A stretch of DNA of 64,000 nt from Candidatus Omnitrophota bacterium (GTDB taxonomy: Bacteria; Omnitrophota; Gorgyraeia; Zapsychrales; Zapsychraceae). Shown piece by piece: positions 39,415 to 48,297 of this stretch; the stretch's first letter is position 1; each line of letters starts with the position of its first letter. The notes beneath the pieces are model-generated. The model did not search any database, was not told where the DNA came from, and was given only the letters and a program-made list of their open reading frames with translations. The stretch is taken from positions 166,320-230,319 of the forward strand of contig JAJDCB010000026.1 in NCBI GenBank assembly GCA_029261065.1, in the 5' to 3' direction. Made by a program: the position numbers and the translations under genes.

Positions 39415-39968
39415 AGATAAAGAAGCTACTCATGAGAAGTAAATTTTGTGTTGTATTCTTTTCAATACTAGTCATTTCTATTGGAATGAGTGGCTGTGGT
39501 TATACAACAGGAGCATCTTTTGGGGGGGGCAAGAAAACCATTTTTATTGAACCCATCAAAAATAATGTTGATTATGGCTCAGATAGTCGTCGTACCGTTT
39601 ATTTGCCTTTGCTTGAGGTTGATGTGAGAAATGCTGTGATTGATCGGTTTTTATTTGATGGAAATTTAAAAATTGCTCAAGAACAAACCGCTGATTTTCT
39701 ATTAAAAGGAGAATTGATTCAGTACAATCGTGATGCTCTGCGTTTTACGGACAATGATGATGTGGAAGAATATCGGGTTTTGATAACGGTAAAGTTGGAG
39801 TTGTGGGATAGAGCAACGAATCAATTGTTGTGGGAAGAAACAAGTTTTGTTGGAGAAGATACATTTTTTATCCGGGGTTCCACTGTCACGACCGAAGAAT
39901 CTGCTGTTGATGGCGCTATTGAGGATTTAGCAAGACGTATTGTAGAACGAACGATTGAAAATTGGTAA
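39411..39968 (+). CDS. lptE: LptE-like outer-membrane lipoprotein
   Basis: Lipobox IGMSGC. ~185 aa. Lies between leuS and holA, as lptE (rlpB) does in the E. coli leuS-lptE-holA neighbourhood. Confidence 0.45.
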   Translation: MKIKKLLMRSKFCVVFFSILVISIGMSGCGYTTGASFGGGKKTIFIEPIKNNVDYGSDSRRTVYLPLLEVDVRNAVIDRFLFDGNLKIAQEQTADFLLKGELIQYNRDALRFTDNDDVEEYRVLITVKLELWDRATNQLLWEETSFVGEDTFFIRGSTVTTEESAVDGAIEDLARRIVERTIENW

Positions 39969-39986
39969 TTGATATAGTATTAATGG

Positions 39987-40020
39987 CTTGTCTCACATTT
40001 TGAGACAAGTTGTTTTTTTT
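39987..40020 (+). terminator. Rho-independent terminator after the lptE-like gene
   Basis: CTTGTCTCA-cattt-TGAGACAAG followed by T8. Confidence 0.6.
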
Positions 40021-40050
40021 AATGGTCGCTTGTTAGTGAGATAAAAAAAT

Positions 40051-40707
40051 ATGATTTACCTTTTTACGGGAGAAGATCAGGTTGCCAAAGATGAAAAGAT
40101 TGCGCAATTAAAAACATCTATTCTACCTACGGAAGATGAAAAGACGTTTGATTATCAGTCCCTGCACGCCGCTAAATTAAGTCCAACCGATTTAAAGAAA
40201 AATCTCATTACCCTCCCAACAGTTGCCAAAAAAAGACTCATTGTTTTACGTTTTTGTGAAAAACTATCAAATGCCAATAAAGATTTGATTCTTGAATTTT
40301 CTGAGAAAAAAGAAACCAAAATAGACGTCATTTTGGATACGAATCAAAGTGCCTTAAGTAATAATTTCTTAAAAATAATAGCTAAGGTGGGCAAACATGT
40401 TCCTTTTCAGACAGCAAAAAAGAAGAACGTCTTTGATATGACCAATGCTTTATCTAGAAATAGCTCGGCAGATGCTTTAAATATATTATCTGAATTAATG
40501 TCAGGTGGGGATCATCCTTTACAGATTATGGGTGGGTTAGTTTGGTTTTGGGGACGTTCCAAAACAAAACTAACGCCCCAACGTTTTCAATTGGGGCTTA
40601 AGGCCTTGGAACAGGCAGATTTAAATATTAAACGGAGTCGCTTAAAAAGCGAGCATGCTATGGAAGTATGCGTTGTTAAGCTGGCAGGTTATTTAAATGC
40701 AAATTAG
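40051..40707 (+). CDS. holA: DNA polymerase III delta subunit (short form)
   Basis: N-terminus MIYLFTGED. C-terminal ...ALNILSELMSGGDHPLQIMGGLVWFW motif typical of HolA. 218 aa, shorter than E. coli HolA. Confidence 0.5.
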   Translation: MIYLFTGEDQVAKDEKIAQLKTSILPTEDEKTFDYQSLHAAKLSPTDLKKNLITLPTVAKKRLIVLRFCEKLSNANKDLILEFSEKKETKIDVILDTNQSALSNNFLKIIAKVGKHVPFQTAKKKNVFDMTNALSRNSSADALNILSELMSGGDHPLQIMGGLVWFWGRSKTKLTPQRFQLGLKALEQADLNIKRSRLKSEHAMEVCVVKLAGYLNAN

Positions 40708-40709
40708 GA

Positions 40710-40973
40710 TTAATTAAGCGTTGCTAATAAGCGGGTATAACGAGATTTGCGGCGAGAAGCCGTATTAAGTTGAAGAATATTACGTTTTGTTGCTTTATCC
40801 AATTTTTTAAAGACAACTTTTAAATTAGATGTCGCTTCTTCTTTGTTTTTAATCTCAACGCTAGCTAAATACTTCTTGATAGTCTTTTTAAGATCTGTTT
40901 TGATATCAAGATTGTGCATATGTCTTTTGCGATTCTGGCGTAAAGCTGTGACTCCTGATTTTCTTTGTGGCAA
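40710..40973 (-). CDS. rpsT: 30S ribosomal protein S20
   Basis: S20-like sequence (…ALRQNRKRHMHN…KKLDKATKRNILQLNTASRRKSRYTRLLATLN). Most likely starts at TTG, 7 nt after AAGGAG. The ORF-track ATG start (41045) would add a non-homologous extension. Confidence 0.8.
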   Translation of the reverse strand: MPQRKSGVTALRQNRKRHMHNLDIKTDLKKTIKKYLASVEIKNKEEATSNLKVVFKKLDKATKRNILQLNTASRRKSRYTRLLATLN

Positions 40974-41038
40974 TTTAATGCTCCTTCGCGTAGTTTTTAT
41001 CGAATTAGAAGTGTGTAATATACCAAAAACCCCAAAAT

Positions 41039-42652
41039 ATGTCAATTAATAAATCCAACGAGAATGACACGTCAGATGAGGGCTCCCACAAGGGTCCAGA
41101 CTCGCACCGTTCCATCATTAAGTCTACATCCATGTTATCTGTGGGCACCTTAAGTTCGCGCATTTTGGGCTTTTTTCGAGATGTTATTATTGCGAAGCTC
41201 TTGGGAACGGGTATCAGGGCGGATGCCTTTTTTGTGGCGTTTAAGATTCCTAATTTGTTTCGAGATTTGGTGGGAGAGGGGGCGACAAATGCCGCAGTTG
41301 TCCCTGTTTTTGCTGAGTATAAGGAAAAGCTACGCAAAGAGAAATTTTGGAATTTTGTGAGTATTATTTTCTGTTTGGGTATGATTATTCTCAGTGCGTT
41401 AACGATATTAGGTATATTGTTAACCCCTGTCATTGTTAGACTTATAGCTCCAGGGTTTATCGTAGAACCTGAAAAACTGGCACTTACGATCGATCTGACC
41501 AAACTTCTTTTTCCCTATCTCGTTTTTATTGGTTTAACCGCTTATTCCGTTGGTATTTTATTCACATTTCGATCCTTTATGGTCCCCGCCTTTAGTCCCT
41601 GTTTGCTCAATATTTCAATGATCATCAGCGCCCTTATTGCCTCAAGGACCATGGATGAACCCGTTTTTGGCCTGGCAATCGGAGTTTTGGTGGGGGGGGC
41701 TTTGCAATTGCTTGTCCAAATACCGCCATTATTAAAGACAGGGTTTAAGTTTACTTTTCCCAAAACGTTTATTCATCCAGGCGCTAGAAAAATTGGCCGG
41801 TTATTGATCCCCCGAATGCTGGGAAGTGGTGTTTATCAAATGACGGTTTTAGTTGATACCTTTTGCGCCTCACTTTCTTCGATTGTGGGTGCCGGAGGCA
41901 TTTCAGCGATTTATTATTCCAATCGTATTATTCAGTTTCCTATGGGAATTTTTAGTGTGGCGTTGGCTTCAGCGGTTTTGCCTTCACTTGCGGGGTTAGC
42001 GCATAAAAAAGATACAGCCTCAATTAAAAAGACGGTTGTGTTCTCATTAGAAAATATTTTCTTTGTCATGTGTCCAACGATTGTGGTCTTACTTTTATTA
42101 GCAACACCCATCATCCGCGTTTTGTTTCAACGTGGTGAGTTTGGCGAGTATTCTACGAACATCACGTCATTTGCACTCACCTTTTATGCGGCTGGATTGT
42201 TTAGTTTTGGGGGTATCAAAATTTTGGTAACGGCATTTCATGCTCTTCAAGACACAAAGACACCGGTTAAGGTTGCGGCGTTATGTTTGGTGATTAATGC
42301 TGTTTTAAATTTTGTTTTGATGAGACCCTTACAAGTTGGAGGCATTGCCTTAGCCAGTTCCATTGCGGGAACTGTCGATTTTTTGATTCTATTCTATGTG
42401 ATGGATAAAAAACTTGGAGGCTTTGATTCGGATCTATTAGGATATTTCTTTCGCGTCACATTGGCCGCGGCTCTAACAGGATTGTTTGTTTATACCTGCT
42501 GGACTTTCATCCCACTAAGATTTGAAACCATCAAACTCTTTGCCATCGGAGGGGCTGGTTTTGTGGTTTATGAAATTGTGTGTTTAAGGTTGAAGGTTGT
42601 GCAGGCGGAGAAGATTTGGAAGTGGATGTCTGGGGTGTATTCTAGTAGGTAG
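41039..42652 (+). CDS. murJ: Lipid II flippase MurJ (MviN)
   Basis: 14 predicted TM helices. N-terminal SRILGFFRDVIIAKLLG motif. 537 aa. Confidence 0.85.
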   Translation: MSINKSNENDTSDEGSHKGPDSHRSIIKSTSMLSVGTLSSRILGFFRDVIIAKLLGTGIRADAFFVAFKIPNLFRDLVGEGATNAAVVPVFAEYKEKLRKEKFWNFVSIIFCLGMIILSALTILGILLTPVIVRLIAPGFIVEPEKLALTIDLTKLLFPYLVFIGLTAYSVGILFTFRSFMVPAFSPCLLNISMIISALIASRTMDEPVFGLAIGVLVGGALQLLVQIPPLLKTGFKFTFPKTFIHPGARKIGRLLIPRMLGSGVYQMTVLVDTFCASLSSIVGAGGISAIYYSNRIIQFPMGIFSVALASAVLPSLAGLAHKKDTASIKKTVVFSLENIFFVMCPTIVVLLLLATPIIRVLFQRGEFGEYSTNITSFALTFYAAGLFSFGGIKILVTAFHALQDTKTPVKVAALCLVINAVLNFVLMRPLQVGGIALASSIAGTVDFLILFYVMDKKLGGFDSDLLGYFFRVTLAAALTGLFVYTCWTFIPLRFETIKLFAIGGAGFVVYEIVCLRLKVVQAEKIWKWMSGVYSSR

Positions 42653-42680
42653 CGGTATGTTTTTTTACAATAATGGTAAT

Positions 42681-42899
42681 GTCGTCCCCGCCCCTTATGT
42701 CATTCCCGCGAAAGCGGGAATACTATGGGATAAACTCTAGTGGAATCACAAAATAGTTATAACTATAAATAGATTCCCGATTCCTCGGGAATGACAGGTA
42801 CGTGTTTTTCCCGTGATTACGCTTTTGTGCAACTCGGGAATGACAGGTACGTGTCTTTCCCGTGATTACGTTTTTGTGCAACTCGGGAATGACACGTAT
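42681..42899. repeat. Composite REP-like repeat cluster with 49-bp tandem direct repeats
   Basis: GTCGTCCCCGCCCCTTATGTCATTCCCGCGAAAGCGGGAAT. Then TTCCCGATTCCTCGGGAA. Then 2.3 tandem copies of the 49-bp unit CTCGGGAATGACAGGTACGTGTYTTTCCCGTGATTACGYTTTTGTGCAA (42784-42900). Confidence 0.6.
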
Positions 42900-42913
42900 C
42901 TGCCACTAAGCTT

Positions 42914-44146
42914 ATGGACATCAAACTCAAACTAAAATCCCTCCCCCTAACCAGCGGCGTTTACTTGATGAAAGATAAGAAGGGGAAGGTCATCTACGTT
43001 GGTAAGGCCGTGTCGTTGCGTAAACGTGTGCAGTCTTATTTTAGAAAAAAGCAGACGATGACTAAGACCGATTTGTTGGTCGCTGAAATTGCAGACATTG
43101 ATTACATCGAGACCGCAAGTGAGGCGGGCGCTCTTTTATTAGAAGCGAGTTTAATTAAGAAATATAAAACAAAGTACAACATTGAACTGCGTGATGATAA
43201 GAGTTATCCCTACATTGAGGTGACGGGCGAGAAGTTTCCTCGTATTTCTGTCGAACGGCCCAATGAGAAGAAAAAGAGTTCCACGTATTATGGTCCGTAT
43301 GTTAGTGTTGGTTTAGTCCGTGAGGCGTTAAGTTTATTAAGAAAAATCTTTCATTTTCGCACCTGTGATCCTTTTCCTAAAAAAGAATGCCTCGATTTTC
43401 ATATTGGTTTATGCGAAGCTCCCTGCATAGGAAAGATTTCAAAAACAGAGTACTTAAAAAATGTTAAACATGTGCGTTTCATTCTTGAAGGCAAGCGTGA
43501 TCAGTTGTATAAGAATCTCAAAAAAGAAATGGATACCCACTCTCAACGTCAAGAATATGAACAAGCTGCCAAAGTGCGCGATCAGTTAAGAGCGATTGGG
43601 GCGTTGTATTCGGGAACGACGAATATCAATTATTTTAAAGAAGCTGAACAGTTGCAGCGAGCTTTGGGTTTAGAGCGATTGCCTGAACGTATGGAGGCCT
43701 TTGATATTTCTAATATTATGGGAAATCAAGCCGTGGGCTCTATGGTTTCTTTTTTTCATGGCAAACCAGATAAGCGAAATTATCGGCGCTTTCGTATTAA
43801 GGATGTTGAGGGAATAGATGATTTTAAAATGATTGGAGAAGTCGTTCGCCGCAGATACACGAGACTTAAAAAGGAGGGGGCCGCTTATCCTGATTTAATT
43901 ATCATTGATGGAGGAAAGGGGCAATTATCAAGTGCTTGTGAGGAGTTAAAAAAAATCGATGTTGTCATTCCTATTATTTCGTTAGCTAAAAGAGAAGAAG
44001 AGGTTTTTTTTCCGTATAAAAGAAGTTCAGTTCGACTTTCTCATGAGTCTTTGGGGCTTAATCTTTTGCGAAGAATCCGTGATGAAGCGCACCGTTTTGC
44101 CATAACATATCATCGACTTTTGCGTTCTAAGGCATTTTTGAAATGA
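42914..44146 (+). CDS. uvrC: UvrC-like excinuclease (GIY-YIG, UVR and RNase H-like endonuclease domains; no C-terminal HhH)
   Basis: GIY-YIG N-terminus (GVYLMKDKKGKVIYVGKA). UVR motif (QEYEQAAKVRDQLRAI). Endonuclease domain (FDISN…IIIDGGKGQ). 410 aa. Confidence 0.7.
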   Translation: MDIKLKLKSLPLTSGVYLMKDKKGKVIYVGKAVSLRKRVQSYFRKKQTMTKTDLLVAEIADIDYIETASEAGALLLEASLIKKYKTKYNIELRDDKSYPYIEVTGEKFPRISVERPNEKKKSSTYYGPYVSVGLVREALSLLRKIFHFRTCDPFPKKECLDFHIGLCEAPCIGKISKTEYLKNVKHVRFILEGKRDQLYKNLKKEMDTHSQRQEYEQAAKVRDQLRAIGALYSGTTNINYFKEAEQLQRALGLERLPERMEAFDISNIMGNQAVGSMVSFFHGKPDKRNYRRFRIKDVEGIDDFKMIGEVVRRRYTRLKKEGAAYPDLIIIDGGKGQLSSACEELKKIDVVIPIISLAKREEEVFFPYKRSSVRLSHESLGLNLLRRIRDEAHRFAITYHRLLRSKAFLK

Positions 44147-44301
44147 AAATTTAAGAGGATCATCGTCTAATTCCATTTGAAGAAAAGTGATCCTACAAAT
44201 GGATTATTTCACTTTTTCCTGATTTTTTTAGTCATAATGTGTACAATGTAATTATAGCCGCAGCATATATTTAGCAATTATTAATAAATGGGAGCCGTGT
44301 T

Positions 44302-45381
44302 ATGAATATTAGTCATCTTTTTCGCTTAATGATTGAAAAGGAGGCTTCGGATATGTATCTGAGAACGAAGGCTTTTCCTCGTGCGCGCATTAACGGACGT
44401 GTTCAGGTGATCAGTGATGAATTGATTTCGCGTTCCGATATGCAGGCATTATCTACTTTTCTGCTGGCCAGTGAACAGCGTCGCAAAAAATTTCAAGAAA
44501 AGTTAGATATTGATTTTATTCACGAGGAACCTGAAATAGGTCGTTTCCGAATTAATATATTTATCCAACGAGGAACCCCTGCCATTGTTGCCCGCCATGT
44601 ACATTCGAATATAAAGAGTTTTAATGAGCTTAATCTGCCTGTTAAATTTTGCAAATTATTTAGTGAAGAGGCTAAGGGTTTATTTTTAGTGTGTGGTCCT
44701 GCTGGTAACGGAAAGTCAACAGCCATTGCCAGTATGATTGAATATATTAACAGTATTCACGAAAAACATATCCTAACTATTGAAGATCCTATCGAATATA
44801 TGTTTCAGGATCAAAAAAGTATTATAAATCAAAGAGAGTTGGGATTAGATGTTTTAAGTTATCAAGATGCATTAAGATCCATAACACAACAAAGTCCGGA
44901 CATTATTTATATTGGTAATATCCGTGATGTCGAAACGATGAAGGCTGCTGTGACAGCAACGGAATTAGGGGCCTTTGTTATGACAACATTTCATACGGTT
45001 AACGCCGTTCAAACATTGATAAGAATCATAAATTTTTTCCCACCTCATCTCCATGAAGAAGTCCGCATGCAATTGTCCCTTATTCTTAAAGGAACAATTT
45101 CTTTAAGGTTGTTACCCCGTAAGGATGGCTCCGGACGAATTCCCGCCTTTGAAACCATGGTTGTTACCCCCACCGTATCTCGTCTTATTCGTGAAGGCCG
45201 TATTCAAGAAATTCAAAATTTCATCGACCAAGGAGACCTTTTTGGTATGCAATCCTTTAGAAAATCTTTAGTGCAACTTGTTAAAGATGAGGTCGTCGAT
45301 GTCGATGAGGCCCGCCGTTTTGCGGACAGTAAAGATGAGTTTGATCTTTCGATTAAGGGGATTAAGAGTAGTTTTGATTAG
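44302..45381 (+). CDS. pilT: Type IV pilus retraction ATPase PilT/PilU family
   Basis: Walker A GPAGNGKST. PilT-like N-terminus. 359 aa. Confidence 0.75.
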   Translation: MNISHLFRLMIEKEASDMYLRTKAFPRARINGRVQVISDELISRSDMQALSTFLLASEQRRKKFQEKLDIDFIHEEPEIGRFRINIFIQRGTPAIVARHVHSNIKSFNELNLPVKFCKLFSEEAKGLFLVCGPAGNGKSTAIASMIEYINSIHEKHILTIEDPIEYMFQDQKSIINQRELGLDVLSYQDALRSITQQSPDIIYIGNIRDVETMKAAVTATELGAFVMTTFHTVNAVQTLIRIINFFPPHLHEEVRMQLSLILKGTISLRLLPRKDGSGRIPAFETMVVTPTVSRLIREGRIQEIQNFIDQGDLFGMQSFRKSLVQLVKDEVVDVDEARRFADSKDEFDLSIKGIKSSFD

Positions 45382-45613
45382 TTTTTTAGGTCCTGGTTTG
45401 TCCTATTGATTATTTTGTTTTTAACTAATATAGTTAAAGCCTAAAAAGTTTTTTAAGATATTTCCCCGTCCCATGAGTTTTATTCCTTTTTAAATTTCAT
45501 GCGCTTAACATCCTGCCCTAAACATTTTTAAAGATATTAACGAAAAAATTTTTAAACTTGCAACGTGTCTCAAATATGATACACTTAAAAGGATGTTACA
45601 AAGATGAAAACGT

Positions 45614-45939
45614 ATGAGAATTTTTTTAGTTTATGATGGAAAGCATTATTCGGTTTATTTTCATGCTAACAGTTCCACTTTATCTGAAGTTTTTGAGTAT
45701 TATGAGAAATGTGACATGCCAACAAGGGCAAATTTGCTTTATCTGGTTCAGAGGATAGTAGATCATGGGCAGATTTACGATACTACGAAATTCCGCATTG
45801 AGAACAAGAAAAACAAAATTTATGCTTTTTTCAAGAAGGTCGCTTAATTATTATTACTTCTGCTTATCGAAAATCGGGGCAGAAAGTTGATAAAATGGCG
45901 CTTCGAAAGGCAATTAAGATTCAAGAATTATATATCTGA
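45614..45939 (+). pseudogene. higB: Gp49/HigB-like (RelE superfamily) toxin gene split by a -1 frameshift in a T6 run
   Basis: Frame A ends ...EYYEKCDMPTRANLLYLVQRIVDHGQIYDTTKFRIENKKNKIYAFFKKVA*. The next frame continues QEGRLIIITSAYRKSGQKVDKMALRKAIKIQELYI*, which matches the conserved toxin C-terminus (...FY.T.GKRIVILHAF.KKTQKTP..E...A..R...). Frames switch within TTTTTT at 45826-45831. Confidence 0.55.
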
Positions 45940-45954
45940 AGGGAGGTTTTTATT

Positions 45955-46224
45955 GTGGTGAAATCAATATTTGAAAAAGAAATGAAGAACCCTAAATTCC
46001 GTAAAACATATAAAGCCGAATCTTTTAAGCTTAATATTGGTGAATCTATTGCTAAGCTGCGTCATAAAAATAAATTAACCCAGTTAGAGTTAGCCCAAAA
46101 AGCGCAAACATCTAGATCAGCCATCGCACGATACGAGAGTGGTGATTATGAGAATTATAATATTGTGACATTACAAAAGATTGCACAAGCGCTTGGGAGA
46201 GAACTCAAAGTATCTTTTAAATAA
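45955..46224 (+). CDS. higA: HigA-like XRE HTH antitoxin
   Basis: GTG start with RBS GGGAGG. HTH LTQLELAQKAQTSRSAIARYESG. Confidence 0.6.
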   Translation: MVKSIFEKEMKNPKFRKTYKAESFKLNIGESIAKLRHKNKLTQLELAQKAQTSRSAIARYESGDYENYNIVTLQKIAQALGRELKVSFK

Positions 46225-46227
46225 GGA

Positions 46228-46653
46228 GTGATTATGAAAAAGTTATATCGTACAAATAAGGGACAAAAAATTGCGGGTGTATGTACGGGATTGGGAGAAC
46301 ATTTTGATCTTGATCCTGTTATTTTACGCGTTCTTTTTCTTGTGTGTGTGCCTTTTGGAGGTATAGGGTTTTTAACATACCTGATTATGTGGATCGTTGT
46401 TCCTCTAAAGGATTCAAATGTTTCTGGTAATAAGAGTGGCAAAAGATTATATCTTTCGACATCAAATAAAAAGGTTGCCGGAGTTTGTGGAGGGTTAGGT
46501 GACTTTTTTGATCTGGATCCTACGATATTTCGTGTGGGTTCTTTGGTATTGGTTTTTGTTGGCGGCTTGGGTGCTTTGTTATATGTCGTTCTTTGGCTTG
46601 TTATTCCGAAACAAGAAAAAGCGAAGAAAGATGCTCCTAAATTGTCAAATTGA
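46228..46653 (+). CDS. Tandem PspC-domain membrane protein
   Basis: Two copies of the PspC motif: KIAGVCTGLGEHFDLDPVILRV and KVAGVCGGLGDFFDLDPTIFRV. Each is followed by a TM helix. Confidence 0.6.
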   Translation: MIMKKLYRTNKGQKIAGVCTGLGEHFDLDPVILRVLFLVCVPFGGIGFLTYLIMWIVVPLKDSNVSGNKSGKRLYLSTSNKKVAGVCGGLGDFFDLDPTIFRVGSLVLVFVGGLGALLYVVLWLVIPKQEKAKKDAPKLSN

Positions 46654-46886
46654 GCTTTTTAAAAGCAGATAGTTTCTATTAAGGTTTAATTGCTCTTATT
46701 ATTCTGTTTGGTACAATGGAAAATCCGGAATATTTTAGTAGATAGAATAAAGGAGGAATAGAGATAGCCGCCTTTTATCTTAAAACACACCTTTAGTTGT
46801 AATCCTTTTACCTTATGATATAATGACTTCCAAAATTCTAAATAGGTGTTTATAATTGTTTTCCTCACATAGTTGAGGATTTTATT

Positions 46887-47988
46887 ATGGTTGATGATAT
46901 AAAAAAAATATTAGGTGATATTGAGGGAAAATTGAAGCACCTAAGGGGGTTTCTTTGACTTATCCGCTAAGGAAGAGTCAATTAAGGTTATACAAGAGAA
47001 GATGAATCAGCCCCATTTTTGGGATGATCAGGCCGGTTCTAATAAGTTGATGAAGGAATTGAAATATTTAAAGGGTTGTGTTGAGCCGTTTGATCAGAGT
47101 TTAAAGAAGTGTGAAGATTTAAAAGAGTTGCTTGAAATTTCTGTTGATGATCAAGAGATGCTTGATCAAATTAGTCTGGAACTTAAAGCATTAGAAAAAG
47201 ATGTTAATGCCACCGAAATACAAAGTATTTTGGGAGGCCCTTTTGATAGAAGTAATGTGATCTTTAGTATAAATGCTGGTGCCGGTGGAACAGAGTCCTG
47301 TGATTGGGCGAATATGTTATTAAGGATGTATACGCGATTTGCTGAGAAGCAAAACTATACACTTAAAACTATTGATATTCTTCCAGGGGAGGAGGCAGGC
47401 ATTAAGAATGTGACGCTTAGCATGGAAGGTGAGATGGCGTATGGTAAGCTCAAGAGTGAAAAAGGCGTTCACCGATTGGTGCGCATTTCTCCTTTTGATT
47501 CGAATAAACGTCGGCACACATCTTTTGTTTCCATTGATGTGATTCCAGAAATTGAAGAAGATGTTGATGTGGACATTAATCAAGAAGATTTACGCATTGA
47601 TATTTTTCGCTCATCAGGTCCAGGTGGGCAAAGCGTTAACACAACAGATTCAGCTGTAAGAATTACGCATATACCGACTGGTATCGTTGCTCAATGTCAG
47701 AATGAACGATCGCAATTGCAGAACAAACAAACCGCCATGCGTATTGTTCGGGCGCGTTTGTATGATCTAAAAATGCAAGAGCAAAACGAAAAGTTGGCTC
47801 AGGAGTACGGCCAAAAACAAAAGATTGAGTGGGGAAGCCAAATTCGTTCTTACGTCATGCATCCCTATTCAATGGTCAAAGATCATAGAACAAATGTAGA
47901 AACAGGTAATGTTCCTGCTGTGATGGATGGGGAGCTTACTTTATTTATAGAGGCTTATCTACGGATGAAGCCGGATGAGAAGGGGTAG
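46887..47988 (+). CDS. prfB: Peptide chain release factor 2 with programmed +1 frameshift
   Basis: Frame 0 reads MVDDIKKILGDIEGKLKHLRGFL and stops at TGA 46956-46958, inside AGGGGGTTTCTT TGA C (SD-like, then CTT_TGA_C). The +1 frame continues DLSAKEESI… with SPF and GGQ motifs to 47988. Confidence 0.85.
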
Positions 47989-48169
47989 TGGCGAATTTAA
48001 GGTTGAAACATTGGGGCGATTAAACCTTTTGTGCTATGATTCGCCATCGTTGTCAAAAATTGATATCTTCACTCACACTCACCCCTCCTTCAGGTCGGGG
48101 TTCAAGTTCGCTTAGATAACAATTTTAGACCGGTGACAATTGGTTGAGCTAAGTTGGAAAAGTAATAGT

Positions 48170-48267
48170 ATCGTCCCCGGCTCATCTGTCATTCCCGCGG
48201 AAGCGGGAATCCATGGGGTGAACATCTCATAATAGTATTAATAGGTTCCCGCTTCCGCGGGAATGAC
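48170..48267. repeat. REP-like repeat cluster between prfB and secA
   Basis: ATCGTCCCCGGCTCATCTGTCATTCCCGCGGAAGCGGGAATCC ... GGTTCCCGCTTCCGCGGGAATGAC. Two inverted copies of the core. Confidence 0.55.
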
Positions 48268-48297
48268 AGTTTTTTGAAGCAACAATAAGGTGATATC

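Noticed and set aside
42784-42900. Tandem repeats considered as a possible mini-CRISPR array
   Set aside because: Only 2.3 units, and the 49-bp units abut without unique spacers. Each unit is internally palindromic and shares the REP-like core. No cas genes are nearby. It is a REP-derived tandem duplication, not a CRISPR.
48061-48130. tRNA-like T-arm look-alike (GGGGTTCAAGTTCGC) between prfB and secA
   Set aside because: No complementary T-stem and no acceptor-stem or anticodon-arm geometry on either strand. It does not fold as a tRNA. No tRNA or rRNA genes could be supported anywhere in the window.
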